From the NCBI RefSeq assembly GCF_006345805.1, contig NC_043017.1, forward strand, positions 34,055,080-34,119,079: a stretch of 64,000 bases of DNA, written 5' to 3'. Positions within the stretch are counted from its first letter, which is position 1, and every line of letters starts with the position of its first letter. This document shows, in pieces, positions 37,576 to 50,355 of this stretch. The DNA is from Octopus sinensis (lineage: Eukaryota). The translations under genes and the position numbers were made by a program. A model generated the notes under the pieces. The model searched no databases. It saw only the letters and a list, made by a program, of their open reading frames with translations, and had not been told where the DNA came from.

Positions 37576-39499
37576 TTAAAATGTTATTTCAGAAATTTTA
37601 TTAACGTAAAAACTAATTATGCACGTGAGTAACACTTTATTCTAAACGACGGTCATTAAAATTCGTACTGAAGTTTAAATTTTGTTTGTGTTTTGATTAT
37701 TTACCAAATCGATGTGCATTCAGATAGGCGGCCGACATCCTGAAGATATCGTCTGGAAAGATTGAGTGATAGAAGAGAAAATGCTTTATAAAAACAAATA
37801 GATAACTAGGAAACATTGTAATGTATTTGTTGGAATCGAGTAATTGAAAAACGACGAGAAATCCAGCACCCTACCATGCTTTAACTACAGACAAGTAAAC
37901 ATAGAGAAATAAAATGAAAAGAAAAAACGCCTTGTCTGACACACTGTTATGTAATTACATTTAGGAAATATACTTTTTTTTCTCAGCTTATGAAATGTGT
38001 AATAAATACAAGAGATAATATTGGGAGAAAACATGGCTGGTAGTTCAAAGTATTTTTTCTATAAACTTGAAATACTCTTACCTTCCATGATATAACTCGC
38101 AAATTAATAATACCCAGTTGGTTCTAACAGTGTTATTACAGGAAAATGAGATAGTTGTTGCATAAGAACTACACAAAACCAAAATCAAAAGGAAATAACA
38201 GATGAATGAAAAAAGTTTATTTAAAGCGATAACATTTATGAGGCTTCCTTTATCCATAGGAATAGACATAAAATGTTAAACTCTTGTAATAAACACCAAC
38301 TTTGACACTGATTACAGTGAGATGCCTGCTGAATCGAAGATATCTGACTCTGTTATTACGTACAAACTTTCAAATAATTAATTGGTACTTTTGTATTTTT
38401 CAATATTTGAAATATTTCGGAACATGCAGTTAGCTTATTTTCATTTTGTTAACAACTTTAGCGATATCAGTGCCATACACAATGTTTTAAAAAAATAATT
38501 GAAATTAAAATGAAAAAACTTTTATTTTTACTAAAATCAAATTCTGTATGGATTTATTGTTGTTGTAATTTATTGTTGTTGTAATTCGCCTCGGTAAAGC
38601 TTATTACCGCTATTTATTTTTAACATTCCCTGGATTAAGTGAAATATGTACAAGACTGACAGAATCTCGCAACGAAAGAATTACTGTTAGGCTATTGCTT
38701 GTTTTAGTTGCTGTTTATCACATTTTCATCCCCGATGAAACAGTCTTATTGTCATATGTGTTGGACCCCGCTTGTTGCTTAGACATATTAATATATCTAT
38801 AACCTAAGTATGCACAGTATACTGAGTGATGTGAGTACCGTTACTAAATCAATTGTTAGGGGATTAAATTCAAAATGAACTTTGGAGGGAGGCTTTGCAA
38901 TCGACTACTTTTAATTTACATGCATTTGGTGAAGAGAGGGATTTCGAATAACAAAAGGGAAGGTATTTTCTAGAGTTTCAAAGGTAAGAAATCACCAATG
39001 TTACTTCGAAACATTGAATTCCATGGAAATTGGTGTTTTATAATCGCCGCTTAATAAAGGAAGCCCTTGTAGAATGATGCCTCGCGTATACTAACTCTTA
39101 CTGTTGTGGAACAACATACCATTATTTATTGTCGGTAGTAAGAGAGGTTGTTATCTAGTGTGGTTATACCTCGCGGTATGTGTACTCGAAAGGTGGAAAA
39201 GATATTTATAAAGACAGATAGGAAAATAAGGTCGGACATTTTAATAGTCAGTATAATTGTAGAAATTTTACGAAGCTGGACTAGGACGCCATGGCGGAGA
39301 TAAAATTGATGAAAAGAAGAAAACGGGTCGGAGGTTTATTATAGATTTACCTCACTAGTGGTGCTTATAGTGTTATTTCAGAGGGAAAAAGAATCGGTAA
39401 ATCTTGAATACGATTTGGCAAAAATGACAATATGTATTACAACCCAACAGTGTATTTTTCCTATGATTAATTACTATGGTTGTACATATTAATTGCTAA

Positions 39500-40125
39500 T
39501 CTATATATATAAAACTGTAGTTGTGTGAGTGTCTGTCCCCTTCGATTTAGATTCCTAACTACTCCCACATTTTGCGGTGCAGTTTAACCAAATTCGGGTA
39601 TCTTATAGTTGTGATTCATATCGAGCCCGTCTGTGTATTAGCGCGCGTCTACGATGAGTCTACGATTTTTAAAATAATTTAACATCATTTTTTATTCCAT
39701 TTTAATGCATATTTTTTCGTGTGTCGATGGCGGCGGAGTTGGCGTCCACGCTCACACCTGCACCTGTGGGGAAGGGAGTGTAAGGAAATCAACGTCGTAA
39801 TGCGTTGTCAAGGAGACCAGCGTTCTTTTAGAACAACGACTTCATGGCTTGAAGACACCAAAACAGAAATGGCTAAGAAAGTGTTTACATGAGTCTACGA
39901 TTTTAAAAAAGATTTACCATCATTTTTTCCATTTTAATGCATTTTTTCGCTATTATATAAGGGAAGTAACTCTCTAAAAATGTCTACGATGAGTCAACGA
40001 TTAAAAAAAAAAATTACCATAATTTTTTATTCCATTTTTAATGCATTTTTTTGCTATAACTCTCTAAAAATGCTTATATAGTTATTTCCCTTACAAACCC
40101 GAGCAACGCCGGGCGATACTGCTAG
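39500..40125 (+). mobile_element. Non-autonomous Helitron
   Basis: A|TC 5' end; 3' hairpin CCCGAGCAACGCCGGG 8 nt before CTAG|T; no TSD; internal GTCTACGATGAGTC(T/A)ACGATT repeats. Confidence 0.8.
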
Positions 40126-41369
40126 TATTTAATAATATATTCAAATTCTTCGAGACTAAATTATTATATCTGTGGCCAGTAGTACAAGTTTTTCATTCCG
40201 ATTTTGCGGTTTCATCGATGAGGCGATGTACTATTTTACGTGCAATGGTGGGGGGGGGGTTATCACATGCGAATTATGTTGTATTTGCTTCTGTTACAAT
40301 TTAAGTTAGATTAATTCATTTTGAATGGAGAATGTTGCTGCCATAATTACGCAACATATAAATTAATTAATGTCAGAAACTGATGTGAATTGTTCTATTG
40401 TTTATGGAATTATTGCTTTTGTGTTATATTTGGGAAATGAATTAAACAAAAATAACAGATTGTTATGAGTACAGAATACAGTAAAGAATTATTTAAGGAT
40501 GCGGTTCGGAACTGGCAAATACATAGTTAGTATACATTTACTGTATACTGTGTTTGAAGGAAATTATTATTTTGTGACACAAATGATTTTTTTTTAAAGT
40601 AATATTGAAAATATGGCTGAATTTCAAATGATACAATTAGAGTTAGCGAGCTGGAGAGCAATTTAATATGAAATGAATATTGTTTAATGTGCGGGTAGGA
40701 GGAGAGAATTAACTCATGGCTGAGAGATAAAGTTCTAAATGTAGCGCCTTGTATGTTGACTATTGCCAAAGCAGACGAGAGTCAAACAAATCTTAAACTG
40801 TCCCTGTCTCTACCATAGTTTCATGGTCAATTCTACCTATACAATAAAGCTAGTACATTATCAAAGAGACTTAACAATTGCCTGAAAATGCTGCCGTACA
40901 ATTTCATGTTTCACACTGTTGAAACCATGGAAAATATAGTGCTTTCCTCAAAATACATCGAAATATTCGCACAAGATTTGAACTGAGTTTCCATAATAGT
41001 TTAGTAATTTACCTAGTTGATCACTGCATATTTGGTCATTCGGATAGGTGTATTCGTGAATAAACAAATTCTTTTGTAGCAATTGAAAGCAATCTATTAC
41101 TAGTGGGAATTTTAAGTCGGAGAAAGAATTGGATAAAAGAAATGAGTGATTTCGTTTCCTGTTTGTACAGAAAAATCTGAAAAGACAGTCTTCGATTAAG
41201 AAGGAACATACAAGAGAAAGAATTTCTTTTTAGATAAGATGCTTACAAACCCATGAAGTTGCACTGTACTAGAAAATTTCTATTTCACAGTAATCATGTT
41301 TGCTGATTTGTCTTAGATTCCACTGAAACAAAAAAAACAAAAATATAACTTCATTAAATTTCAATTCAG

Positions 41370-41480
41370 ATGTTTCTACAAAGCAGAATACTGGTTGAAT
41401 GGTGCCGATCTCATAGTGCGAATGTCCGTTCGGAAGAATCAATTGTTTTCCAATATTATGCATCGTAATTTTAGAAATAG
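41370..41480 (+). CDS. Candidate isolated coding exon (111 nt, phase 2-2), weak resemblance to an ionotropic glutamate receptor pre-S1 linker
   Basis: TTTCAATTCAG|...AG|GTACAT; open frame CFYKAEYWLNGADLIVRMSVRKNQLFSNIMHRNFRN; no partner exon found. Confidence 0.25.
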
Positions 41481-42550
41481 GTACATTGAATCTTGGAGTG
41501 GTTAACATTTTGTCAAGAATAAAATGTAGCAGCTTGTCGAGAATGTAAATGAACGACTCGTCAATTAAACTCTCTATTTGTTACACTGATAAAGGATATG
41601 TAATATTGCTTACAAATACACGCACAGTATTTTGTATTATACTTTATGTTAACGACTCTAGACTGACAACAAAGTGAGGTGAATCCCGCGGAATTTGAAT
41701 TTAAACCGTAAATAACCTTCCTAAAAACCACTTTTTCCAACGATCTACTGATTCTGTCAACCTACCGCAATAGTAAATATTCTAATTTGCTATTCTAATT
41801 TGTGATAATAAATATCTAAAATTAACATTAAAATAAAGAACAGAGATAAGAACATAAAATATTTTAAAAGAAACGACAGTTATATTTCAAAATTAAAAAT
41901 AAATACAAAAGCATTAACAGAAAATAAAATTGAAAACGAACGAAATTATTTAAATACAGAGTCCTATGACTAATATTTCTTCTGCTGACAGCCATTTCAC
42001 GATATGCTTTATTGCTAATTGTTAAACTAGCTAACTGAAACTATGGTTTAGAAGTAATAAATTTCCTGATCACATTTTTAATAATCCGTCCATAACAATA
42101 CATTGGAGAACAAAAGAACCAATAAACAAAGAAATGAAAGAAATATAAAAGAAAACAATCAGAATTTATTTGAGATCCGCTTTTTCACACCTTCATATAT
42201 ACCATCACGCACACACTAAACAACACACACATTTATCTGCTTACACACTGTGTAACACACCTGAAGCACACAATATATGCCAATTATGGATGCCAGTTTT
42301 ACAGTGAAAAGTTTTCTATATATTTGTCTTTTTAAAGTCGCCTCCTGTCGCTCTTCTCTCGCTTTCTCTCCCACTATCATTTGCAGTCACTCAATCTTTG
42401 TTGAAAGTATTTCACAGGAAATAATTTTGTTTGTCTTTTTGTTTTTGGTTGTTTGTTTTTCAATGCTTCAAATCAGTGTTATCAGATAAATGACCTCTGT
42501 TTGAATCACAAATTAAGAGTATCTAACATTCCTTTAACCTATATTAAATA

Positions 42551-42772
42551 AGGCGGCGAGCTGGCAGAAACGTTAGCGCGCCGGGCGAAATGCGTAGCCG
42601 TATTTCGTCTGCCGTTACGTTCTGGGTTCAAATTCCGCCGAGGTCGACTTTGCCTTTCATCCTTTCGGGGTCGATAAATTAAGTACCAGTTACGCACTGT
42701 TGTCAATGTAATCGACTTAATCCGTTTGTTTGTACTTTCTATGTTTAGCCCCTTGTGGGTAATAAAGAAATA
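42551..42772 (+). mobile_element. SINE family B
   Basis: Family consensus, full length. Confidence 0.92.
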
Positions 42773-42869
42773 TATATTAAATAGTTTGTTTAAGGGTTTA
42801 GATATCTAGCGCCCAATTTTTATTTATTTTTATGAATTAAATGTTTGTTTGGATTTTTCCGTGGCACAC

Positions 42870-43069
42870 TGTTGTGTAGACGCCCCCAGACGATGAAGTG
42901 GACTAGCCCAATACGTAGATATAGAGGGAGAAGTCTAGACGTCGGGAGAGAAGACTCGAGAAGAGCAGAGTAGAGTCGAGTTGAGTAGAAAGCATCCGAA
43001 CGTTCGACATAACACACAAATCTGACTGAATCGCTGGAGAGCACTCTCAGGTGGACGTAGATCCTTACA
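42870..43069. mobile_element. Possible solo LTR (200 bp, TG...CA termini)
   Basis: TGTTGTGTAGAC...GATCCTTACA; GC-rich island in AT-rich DNA; no TSD found. Confidence 0.35.
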
Positions 43070-43182
43070 AATTTTAGTCGTATTAAACAAAATAGTTTTT
43101 TTTTTTAACAGACACTAAAGATGTCAATTCATTCGTCCACAACTCTCAAATCACTCGATTAATAATGTCTCGACTATTTAAG

Positions 43183-43487
43183 TTACGTTAATTTTTTGGC
43201 TCAAAAAGCATAAAGCAAGGCCATGTAGGGGGACATGGAGTTATGTACAGGGGTTTTCATGCAAAGAGTTCAGGCCATTTCTGATAAAGAGAGACTTTGA
43301 ACCGAGCGGTCGTCGGCATCTTCACTATCTCGTCCGGCAGCTTATTCCAAGGATACGCAACCCGGACGGAGAAAGCCCCTCTCCTTCGATTGAGATGAAA
43401 TCGTCGCAGATAGAGCATTTCGGAGTGACCCCGCAGCCTACGCTCTGGAGCAGGAGTGAAGAACAGTTCTTTCGAGAGGTTACACTT
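43183..43487 (-). mobile_element. CR1-type LINE, 5'-truncated 3' end
   Basis: KCNLSKELFFTPAPERRLRGHSEML...WPELFA; same family as 28400 and 31560. Confidence 0.9.
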
Positions 43488-43770
43488 TACACATTTAAAA
43501 CTGTTAGTAAAGGTATTAAGTTGGCTAGTCATCAAATTGATCAGCATATATATAAAAATGACGCGAGGAAAGAAAATGAACATAATTAAAAAATATCTGC
43601 AATAAAGCATGAAAGAAAATACCCGAGGAAAGGAGTTGCATGTGGCTTACACATACGATAGTCTCGAATATGTAATATTGAAGTTCCAACGTATTTTTAA
43701 CTGAGGTTCTCCTCGCAAACAGAATACAAAGGTTCTATACGACAGTTGTTTAAGATGTGTGAAACTAATT

Positions 43771-44361
43771 AAAGAACTACATTCTACAAGATGTGTATTT
43801 TGGAGACACCTATCTATGCACGACTTCCCTGGGCAAGTTCGCTTTCTGGGCTGGTCTGTGGTTTCCCTGCTGCTAACACTTGCAGTTGGCGCTGTGTTGG
43901 TACAGAAGGGAAGCGGCATTTTGTGGCAAGTGGTTTTATTGTTTGTTAGGCATTTTATTCAGTATCAACTAATATGGATCATATTCTTGTCCAGTATATT
44001 TATACCTATTTCTTTACTACCTACAAGAGGCTAAACACAGAGGGGACAAACAAGGACAAACAAACGGATTAAGTCAATTACATCGACCCCAGTGCGTAAC
44101 TGGTACTTAATTTATCGACCCCGAAAGGATGTAAGGCAAAGTCGACCTCGGCAGAATTTGAACTCAGAACGTAACGGCAGACGAAATACGGCTACGCATT
44201 TCGCCCGGCGTGCTAACGTTTCTGCCAGCTCGCCGCCTTTTTTGTGATCAATATAATAGCGGCAATATTTCAAATTTGCAATCGAAGTTCAAACTCATAT
44301 TAGATTCCAGCTGCATAGATAGGTGTCTTCAAAACCCACATCTTGTAGAATGTAGTTCTTT
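43771..44361. repeat. 50-bp inverted repeat (43771-43820 / 44312-44361) with a spacer of about 490 bp containing a SINE
   Basis: AAAGAACTACATTCTACAAGATGTG..TTTTG.AGACACCTATCTATGCA on opposite strands. Confidence 0.85.
44007..44238 (-). mobile_element. SINE family B
   Basis: Family consensus; tail extends to AAAGAAATAGGTAT. Confidence 0.92.
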
Positions 44362-45094
44362 TATTTGTTCCACACTCACTGACTTCTGTTTGCTAATTTG
44401 CCTGCATATGGAGTCTAGGCTCTCCCTGTATACTCATGCATTAATCTAGAAGTTTTCTAAAGTCACGTAACTTCATAATTTCTAAACCTTATTCTTAACC
44501 AATCAGCTTCCTGGTTGCTAGGTAAACCCTCCAAACACATACACTTACATCACTTCACCATATAAGACGCCATTTATCACATAACATAATTCTGGAATTC
44601 CCTCTGACACTCGAACATCATGCGATATTACAGAGTGGTTGCAGAGAAAAATAAACGGTACATAGAAAATAATAGTGAAGACAACACGAACATAACTTGT
44701 TCTCTCCTTCATCACACACAATTAACGTTTAGCCTTTCCATGAAGTTTTCCCACGATCAAACAACGAACATGTGCATAACAATTCTATATTCGCGTTCGT
44801 CACCCCCAATTTCCATGAAATTATGTGAAACAAATGTTTAACGAACAGTTTAATGTCTAGTATTTGGGGTTGGGTTGCTTCCGTTATATTTAAATTACGA
44901 GGCTACTCATTTGAGATGCACTATTTTCAAGAACTATTTAGAATGCGATTACAGTACATAGCATTTTGTATGTAGTATTTATGTATCGATTTGTTGAAAG
45001 ATCGATTCTATAACAAGATACAATTAGTCCATATTTGATACTATCAGCTTATGTACTAAATAAAAGCGTAGGTGCTTGCAAGTATCATATATGA

Positions 45095-45570
45095 TATGGT
45101 CATCAAATCTAAGTAGAGAGTTCAAACTTGAAATCTTCAAAGCCACAGTCGAACCAATCCTACTATATGGCTCAGAAATCTGGACGTTATCAAAGAAGCT
45201 TGAGATGCGGTTGGATGGAACCTACACTCGCCTCCTTATGAAAGCTCAAAATCTTTCGTGGAAGCGTCATCCAACCAAAATGCAAATATATGGGAAATTA
45301 CCACCTGTGTCATCTCTTGTGAAAGGTAGGAGAGTCCAGTTTGCTGGACATTGTTGTAGAGCTGAAAAAGAGGTAATTTCTACTCTTCTCCTCTGGAAGC
45401 CATCTACTCGCAATACCAGAGGGCGCACACTCTCCTACCCTGATGTAATCTCCAGGGATACAGGCATCCAGCAACAGGACCTCCGTAATGCCATGATGGA
45501 CTGTGAAGTCTGGCGTAGCATGGTAAATTCCATTGTCTCGACCACGGTCGAACAATGATGATGATGATCA
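45095..45570 (+). mobile_element. RTE-clade LINE 3' end (RT thumb region, open frame to the stop)
   Basis: KLEIFKATVEPILLYGSEIWTL...RRVQFAGHC...WRSMV; (TGA)n tail. Confidence 0.88.
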
Positions 45571-45602
45571 TCATATATGAATATGCAAATTAGGCTTACT
45601 TA

Positions 45603-46740
45603 TACAGGCTTTTCGGGTTATATTTGACAACTTTTATATCTCCCTTTTTCGGGAACAGGTTGATGTACTGCTGAATAATCAACGGCAGTGCGGAGCATTA
45701 AGATTAAAGTTTACAAAAGTTAGCTGACATGGAGGATTGAAAGTCATAATGAATATTGGAAGGGAGTATCAGCATCATGATGATTCGTGCCGGGGATCAA
45801 AATGCCAGTATCATGACTGTTGCTCAATGCTCTATGAACACTGTAAAGGTTGTAAGACAGCTGCAAAGGAGACTATGAAGCCATGGTCAGCAGGAAGGGA
45901 CAGCAGGCGTAAAGGCGGCGAGCTGGCAGAAACGTTAGCACGCCGGGCGAAGTTCTTAGCCGTATTTCGTCTGGGTTCAAATTCCGCCGAGGTCGACTTT
46001 GCCTTTCATCCTTTCGGGTCGATTAAATAAGTACTAGTTACGCACTGGGGTCGATATAATCGACTTAATTCGTCTGTCTCTCCTTGTTTGTCCACTCTGT
46101 GTTTAGCCCCTTGTGAGTAGTAAAGAAATAGGTATTTCGTCTGCCGCTACGGTCTGGGTTCAAATTCCGCCGAGGTCGACTTTTCCTTTCATCCTTTCGG
46201 GGTCGATTAAATAAGTACCAGTTAGGCACTGGGGTCGATATAATCGACTTAATCCGTTTGTTTGTCCTTGTTTGTCCTCTCTGTGTTTAGCCCCTTGTGG
46301 GCAGTAAAGAAATAGGCGTACTGGTTGTATCCAGATGCGGAAGAGCATTCTCACATCTTTGAACAGAGCCTTAGGCTCAATTCCGATGGCTATGTGAAGC
46401 TGCTGGGGTCAAGAGACGGTAGATGCTGGAAGGCCGTATCTATGTCAACAGGATTTAGCTCCTTGTCTTGCCTCCGAGTCATAAGTGATTGACCGCGAAT
46501 TTCTTCGACTTAACCAGCCCCAATTTCTGGCCTTTTAATTCCCGTGATTGTAATCCCATGGATTACTATGCGTGGTGGGGGACGGGTGGTTGAGAAAGAC
46601 TCCCAACGCTCTGCCAAGGTGGTGGCCGAGATCAAGATGTTTGGCAATCCTCCTATAAGCAAAATGAGGAATGTATGCACCAGGTTTCGGAACCGTCTTC
46701 CGGCCGTGGCGGAAGTCGAAGGCGGTTACATTGAGTGAAC
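45603..46740 (+). mobile_element. Internally deleted Tc1/mariner-superfamily (maT/DD37D-like) transposon, interrupted by a SINE dimer
   Basis: Left TIR-like TACAGGCTTTTCGGGTTATATTTGAC; N-terminal MIRAG..., C-terminal GRPYLCQQDLAP, NSRDCNPMDY, CTRFRNRLPAVAEVEGGYIE*. Confidence 0.75.
45914..46316 (+). mobile_element. SINE family B tandem dimer with 7-bp TSD AGGCGTA
   Basis: Unit 2 starts at 46133 after AAAGAAATAGG; TSD at 45904-45910 and 46314-46320. Confidence 0.88.
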
Positions 46741-47191
46741 TTTTATCTCTCATCCATAATTTGATTGATATTTGTTGATGGAGTGGTTGTATGTCTCTGA
46801 GACATTTAGAAATTCAATATTTCTAATATTTGTTGATGGTCTTTTATTAATAATTTTATTTATGAATGGAATATTGTGTTTTCTTTTCCTTTTATGCAAA
46901 CTGCCAGATTTCATTGTAACACACTTTTTTGCTACAATTGCTATGCGTGGATATGTTAATTAGCATATGTTTTAGGGAGCAGAGCACTTTCATTTCCGTA
47001 AATACATAACCCATCTTGATGCTTTTAAATAAGGTGTCACTTCTTCCTTCCCTTCAGTAATAGCAAAATCCATTATTCGTTTCTTCTAAAATACAAAACA
47101 AAAAACAGTCTTCTCACATTAGCACAAAGGATATAGAAATGGCTGAAATGCCTTATCGGAGGGGGAGAGAAAAATATGCAACAGACGACTG

Positions 47192-47247
<56 letters not shown>

Positions 47248-47330
47248 ATTAAAAGGTACACCAAAAGAGGGAGATAAACGTCAAGATAAATATGATACAA
47301 ATATATACAGAAATACATCCAGACACGTTG

Positions 47331-47365
<35 letters not shown>

Positions 47366-47384
47366 CACGTATAAATATATAGGA

Positions 47385-47466
47385 GGAATTACAACCATGT
47401 TTCGTGGTCTGCTACCACAACAGCTCCTTTATAGGATCCAGTTAGCTCAAGACATCATCAGTAGAG
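47385..47466 (-). ncRNA. Degenerate hammerhead-like motif
   Basis: Reverse complement: CTA-CTGATGA-TGTCT...AGACCAC-GAAA-CATGG-TT-GTAA; imperfect stems. Confidence 0.35.
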
Positions 47467-47622
47467 TTAGCGGTTGGAATAGCCGTCTAAAGGATAAGAA
47501 TTTCCGTTTTACTACCAGTATAAATTACCTATGTTAACCGTGGGCATACATAAGCAAGCATATTATGCTCAAAGGATACAGACAATAACAAAGATAAACA
47601 AAAGTTTATCAGGAATCAAATT

Positions 47623-48140
47623 TAAATTAAGCAGAAAATTAAGAAGTCTTGATCAACAACAATTGACTACCATCGATTATTATTCTTTAATACAAAACTT
47701 TATACCATCTAACAGCCGTTTCTGCTTCCAGTTGTTAAAAATTGTTAAAAGCGGAGAACAACTACAAGAAAATTAACATATGTATGTTAATTAGCGTGTT
47801 TTAGGGAACAGGGCACTAATATTTGCATAAATACACAACAGCCTGAAGCGTTACACTGCAAAATGGTATGATTTAAATATATTAAGCGCTCATATCTCTT
47901 CTTGGGGATTTTCTGATTACCTTTTCTTTTGTTTTAGGAATTTTTCTTCACTCTGAGGAAGCTCCGTGTTCTAGATCAAATGTGTTACAAAATATTATTC
48001 TCAAAATTTTCATTGCCAACGCAGTAGGACATTGAAAGCAGAAACGGCTGTTAGATAGGATAAGGTCTTGTATTAAAAAACAATGTTCGATGGTAGTTAA
48101 TTGTCGTTGATCAAGATTTTTCCATTTTCTGCTAAATTTA
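47623..48140. repeat. Diverged inverted repeat (about 107 bp; 47623-47730 / 48033-48140)
   Basis: AAGCAGAAACGGCTGTTAGAT...GATGGTAGT.AATTGT.GTTGATCAAGA on opposite strands; right arm ends at (TA)n. Confidence 0.8.
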
Positions 48141-48959
48141 TATATATATATATATATATAATATATATATATATATATAAGTGAAGTATATTTGCCACTT
48201 AAATGTGGCTAGCCACAAAGGGTGGATGCTACTGTAGCTTGTAGCCCCAGAAGAACATCTTCTCCAGCTGGCTATTGACACATTTTCTGTGCCCTATCAG
48301 TATTTGCAAAGGGAAACCATCCTTCCCATCGTCGACCTGACGTGATACGCTCGGACCCGGCTTTCTGGATATTTACCCGTCGCCAGCGCACGACAATCAC
48401 TGGTCTTCGATGCGAAGGGGCTCCAATACATATATCCTTTTTCCAGTGACGAAAAGTCACTGATCTCGAAAAAGTGTAAACAAGCAATAATAAATCTCTG
48501 AACAAGGTATATACCTGAACGATATTTATACATCATCAGACATCAACCCTCTGCTAAAATTATACTCCTAACTGCCCTCCTCTATATCATCACTAACTTC
48601 AATTAACCTTTTTAACGACCTAATTAATATTACGTTCCTCCTATCTCACGTCATGCGCGCTTCTCTCTCCCTCTGTTTTCTCTCCCACTGTTTTCTCTCC
48701 CTTTTTTCTTTCTCCTTTTTTCTCTAATTACGTGAAAGCGTTACCGACGGGCTAAGTAATGGAATGACAAGCAGAATTATTATAAGATAGATAGGTAGAT
48801 AGCTTAGTTATAGAATTCATTGGAACCTAGGCGCATCAATACGTAGGACGCTAGAAATAGCTAGGTGCAATAACATAAAATACACAATGAGGCAAAACAA
48901 CCATGAAGGTATAATGTGTTGGTAGCATACTGTAATCTGTAGCAAATCCAGTTTAAACA

Positions 48960-49004
48960 GTGGATTCGACTCGGGGTTTAGAACCAACCCCGAGTCGGAT
49001 CCAC
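48960..49004. repeat. 19-bp hairpin fused to a SINE A head (minus strand, to about 49030)
   Basis: GTGGATTCGACTCGGGGTT tagaacc AACCCCGAGTCGGATCCAC. Confidence 0.85.
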
Positions 49005-49629
49005 GGTCTCATGTTATTTAGAAGTAGTCGTCTTACCACACAGCCACGACTGTGACTCAGAAAAACCTGACAGGAAATAATTTTCATTCAAAATATTATT
49101 CTTTGTAAATCTCTTTCATTTTCTCATAATAAATGACAACATGTCAAAAACTTGACGGCTCGCTTTGATATTTTTATACATATATTCAAATACTATAATT
49201 GCATAGGTATTACTTTATATTCTGTTTTGGCTTTCCTCCGTTTTTTTTTCGATTTCCTTTCCTATTTCTTTATAATTCCCTATAGAATTTGACGGGCGTA
49301 TAAAATAAATATATAATTAAGATTAAATTTTAAATTCAAATATTTAACTATATGCATTTTTCAAAGAGCAATTATTTATACACATCCCAATACATTACGC
49401 CATAAGGTAAAAATGAATTATTGCATTGACGGTTGCTCAAATATTCGCTAAGGAGCGCATGTTCAGTAGAGTGAAGCGCCAACTTCTGACACACTGACGC
49501 CAAGGTTATCAATACAAGAGGGATTTATAGCTGCTGTTAAAACTGAATTATGCAAAGTCGAAATGACACTGAATGATTTCTATTCCTTTACTTCACCGTG
49601 TATTCCTACATTCTTCTATTATTTTATTA

Positions 49630-49863
49630 TTTTACTTGTTTCAGTCATGTGACTGAGGTCATGCTGGAGCACCGCTTAAAGGGTATTTTCGTCGAAGAAA
49701 TCGACCCCAGGACTTATTCTCTGTGAGCCTAGTACTTATTCTATCGATCGCTTTTACCGAACCGCTAATTTACGGGGACGTAAAAGTACCAACATCGTTT
49801 GTAGAGTGATGGTAGGGGACAAACATAGACACAAAGTTACACAAGCATAAATATATACATACA

Positions 49864-49911
<48 letters not shown>

Positions 49912-50067
49912 CGACGAGCTTCTTCCGTCTACCAAATCGACTCACAAGGCTTTAGTAGAAGACATTTACCTAAGTTGTAACGCAGTGGGACTGAACCCGG
50001 AATCATGTGGTTGGGAAGCAAGTTTCTTAGCACAAAACCACGCATGCTACACCACACAGCCACACCT
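49630..50067 (-). mobile_element. SINE family A variant
   Basis: Family consensus with an internal (TACA)n(TA)n. Confidence 0.85.
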
Positions 50068-50237
50068 GCGCCACATAGACATGTTTGTGTGTGTGATGTG
50101 TGTATAAATATTATATATCCGGTTGAAACGTTAATCCATACACTTTTTTTCTGTCTTCGTTCTCTTTCGTTCCCTCTCCCTGTTTTCCCTCACCTGTCTT
50201 CATCTTTTGGTTTCTGTTATTTTGAACTACACACACG

Positions 50238-50353
<116 letters not shown>

Positions 50354-50355
50354 GA

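Noticed and set aside
37735-37770. CTGAAGA-TATCGTCTG-GAAA-GA-TT
   Set aside because: Stem II does not pair.
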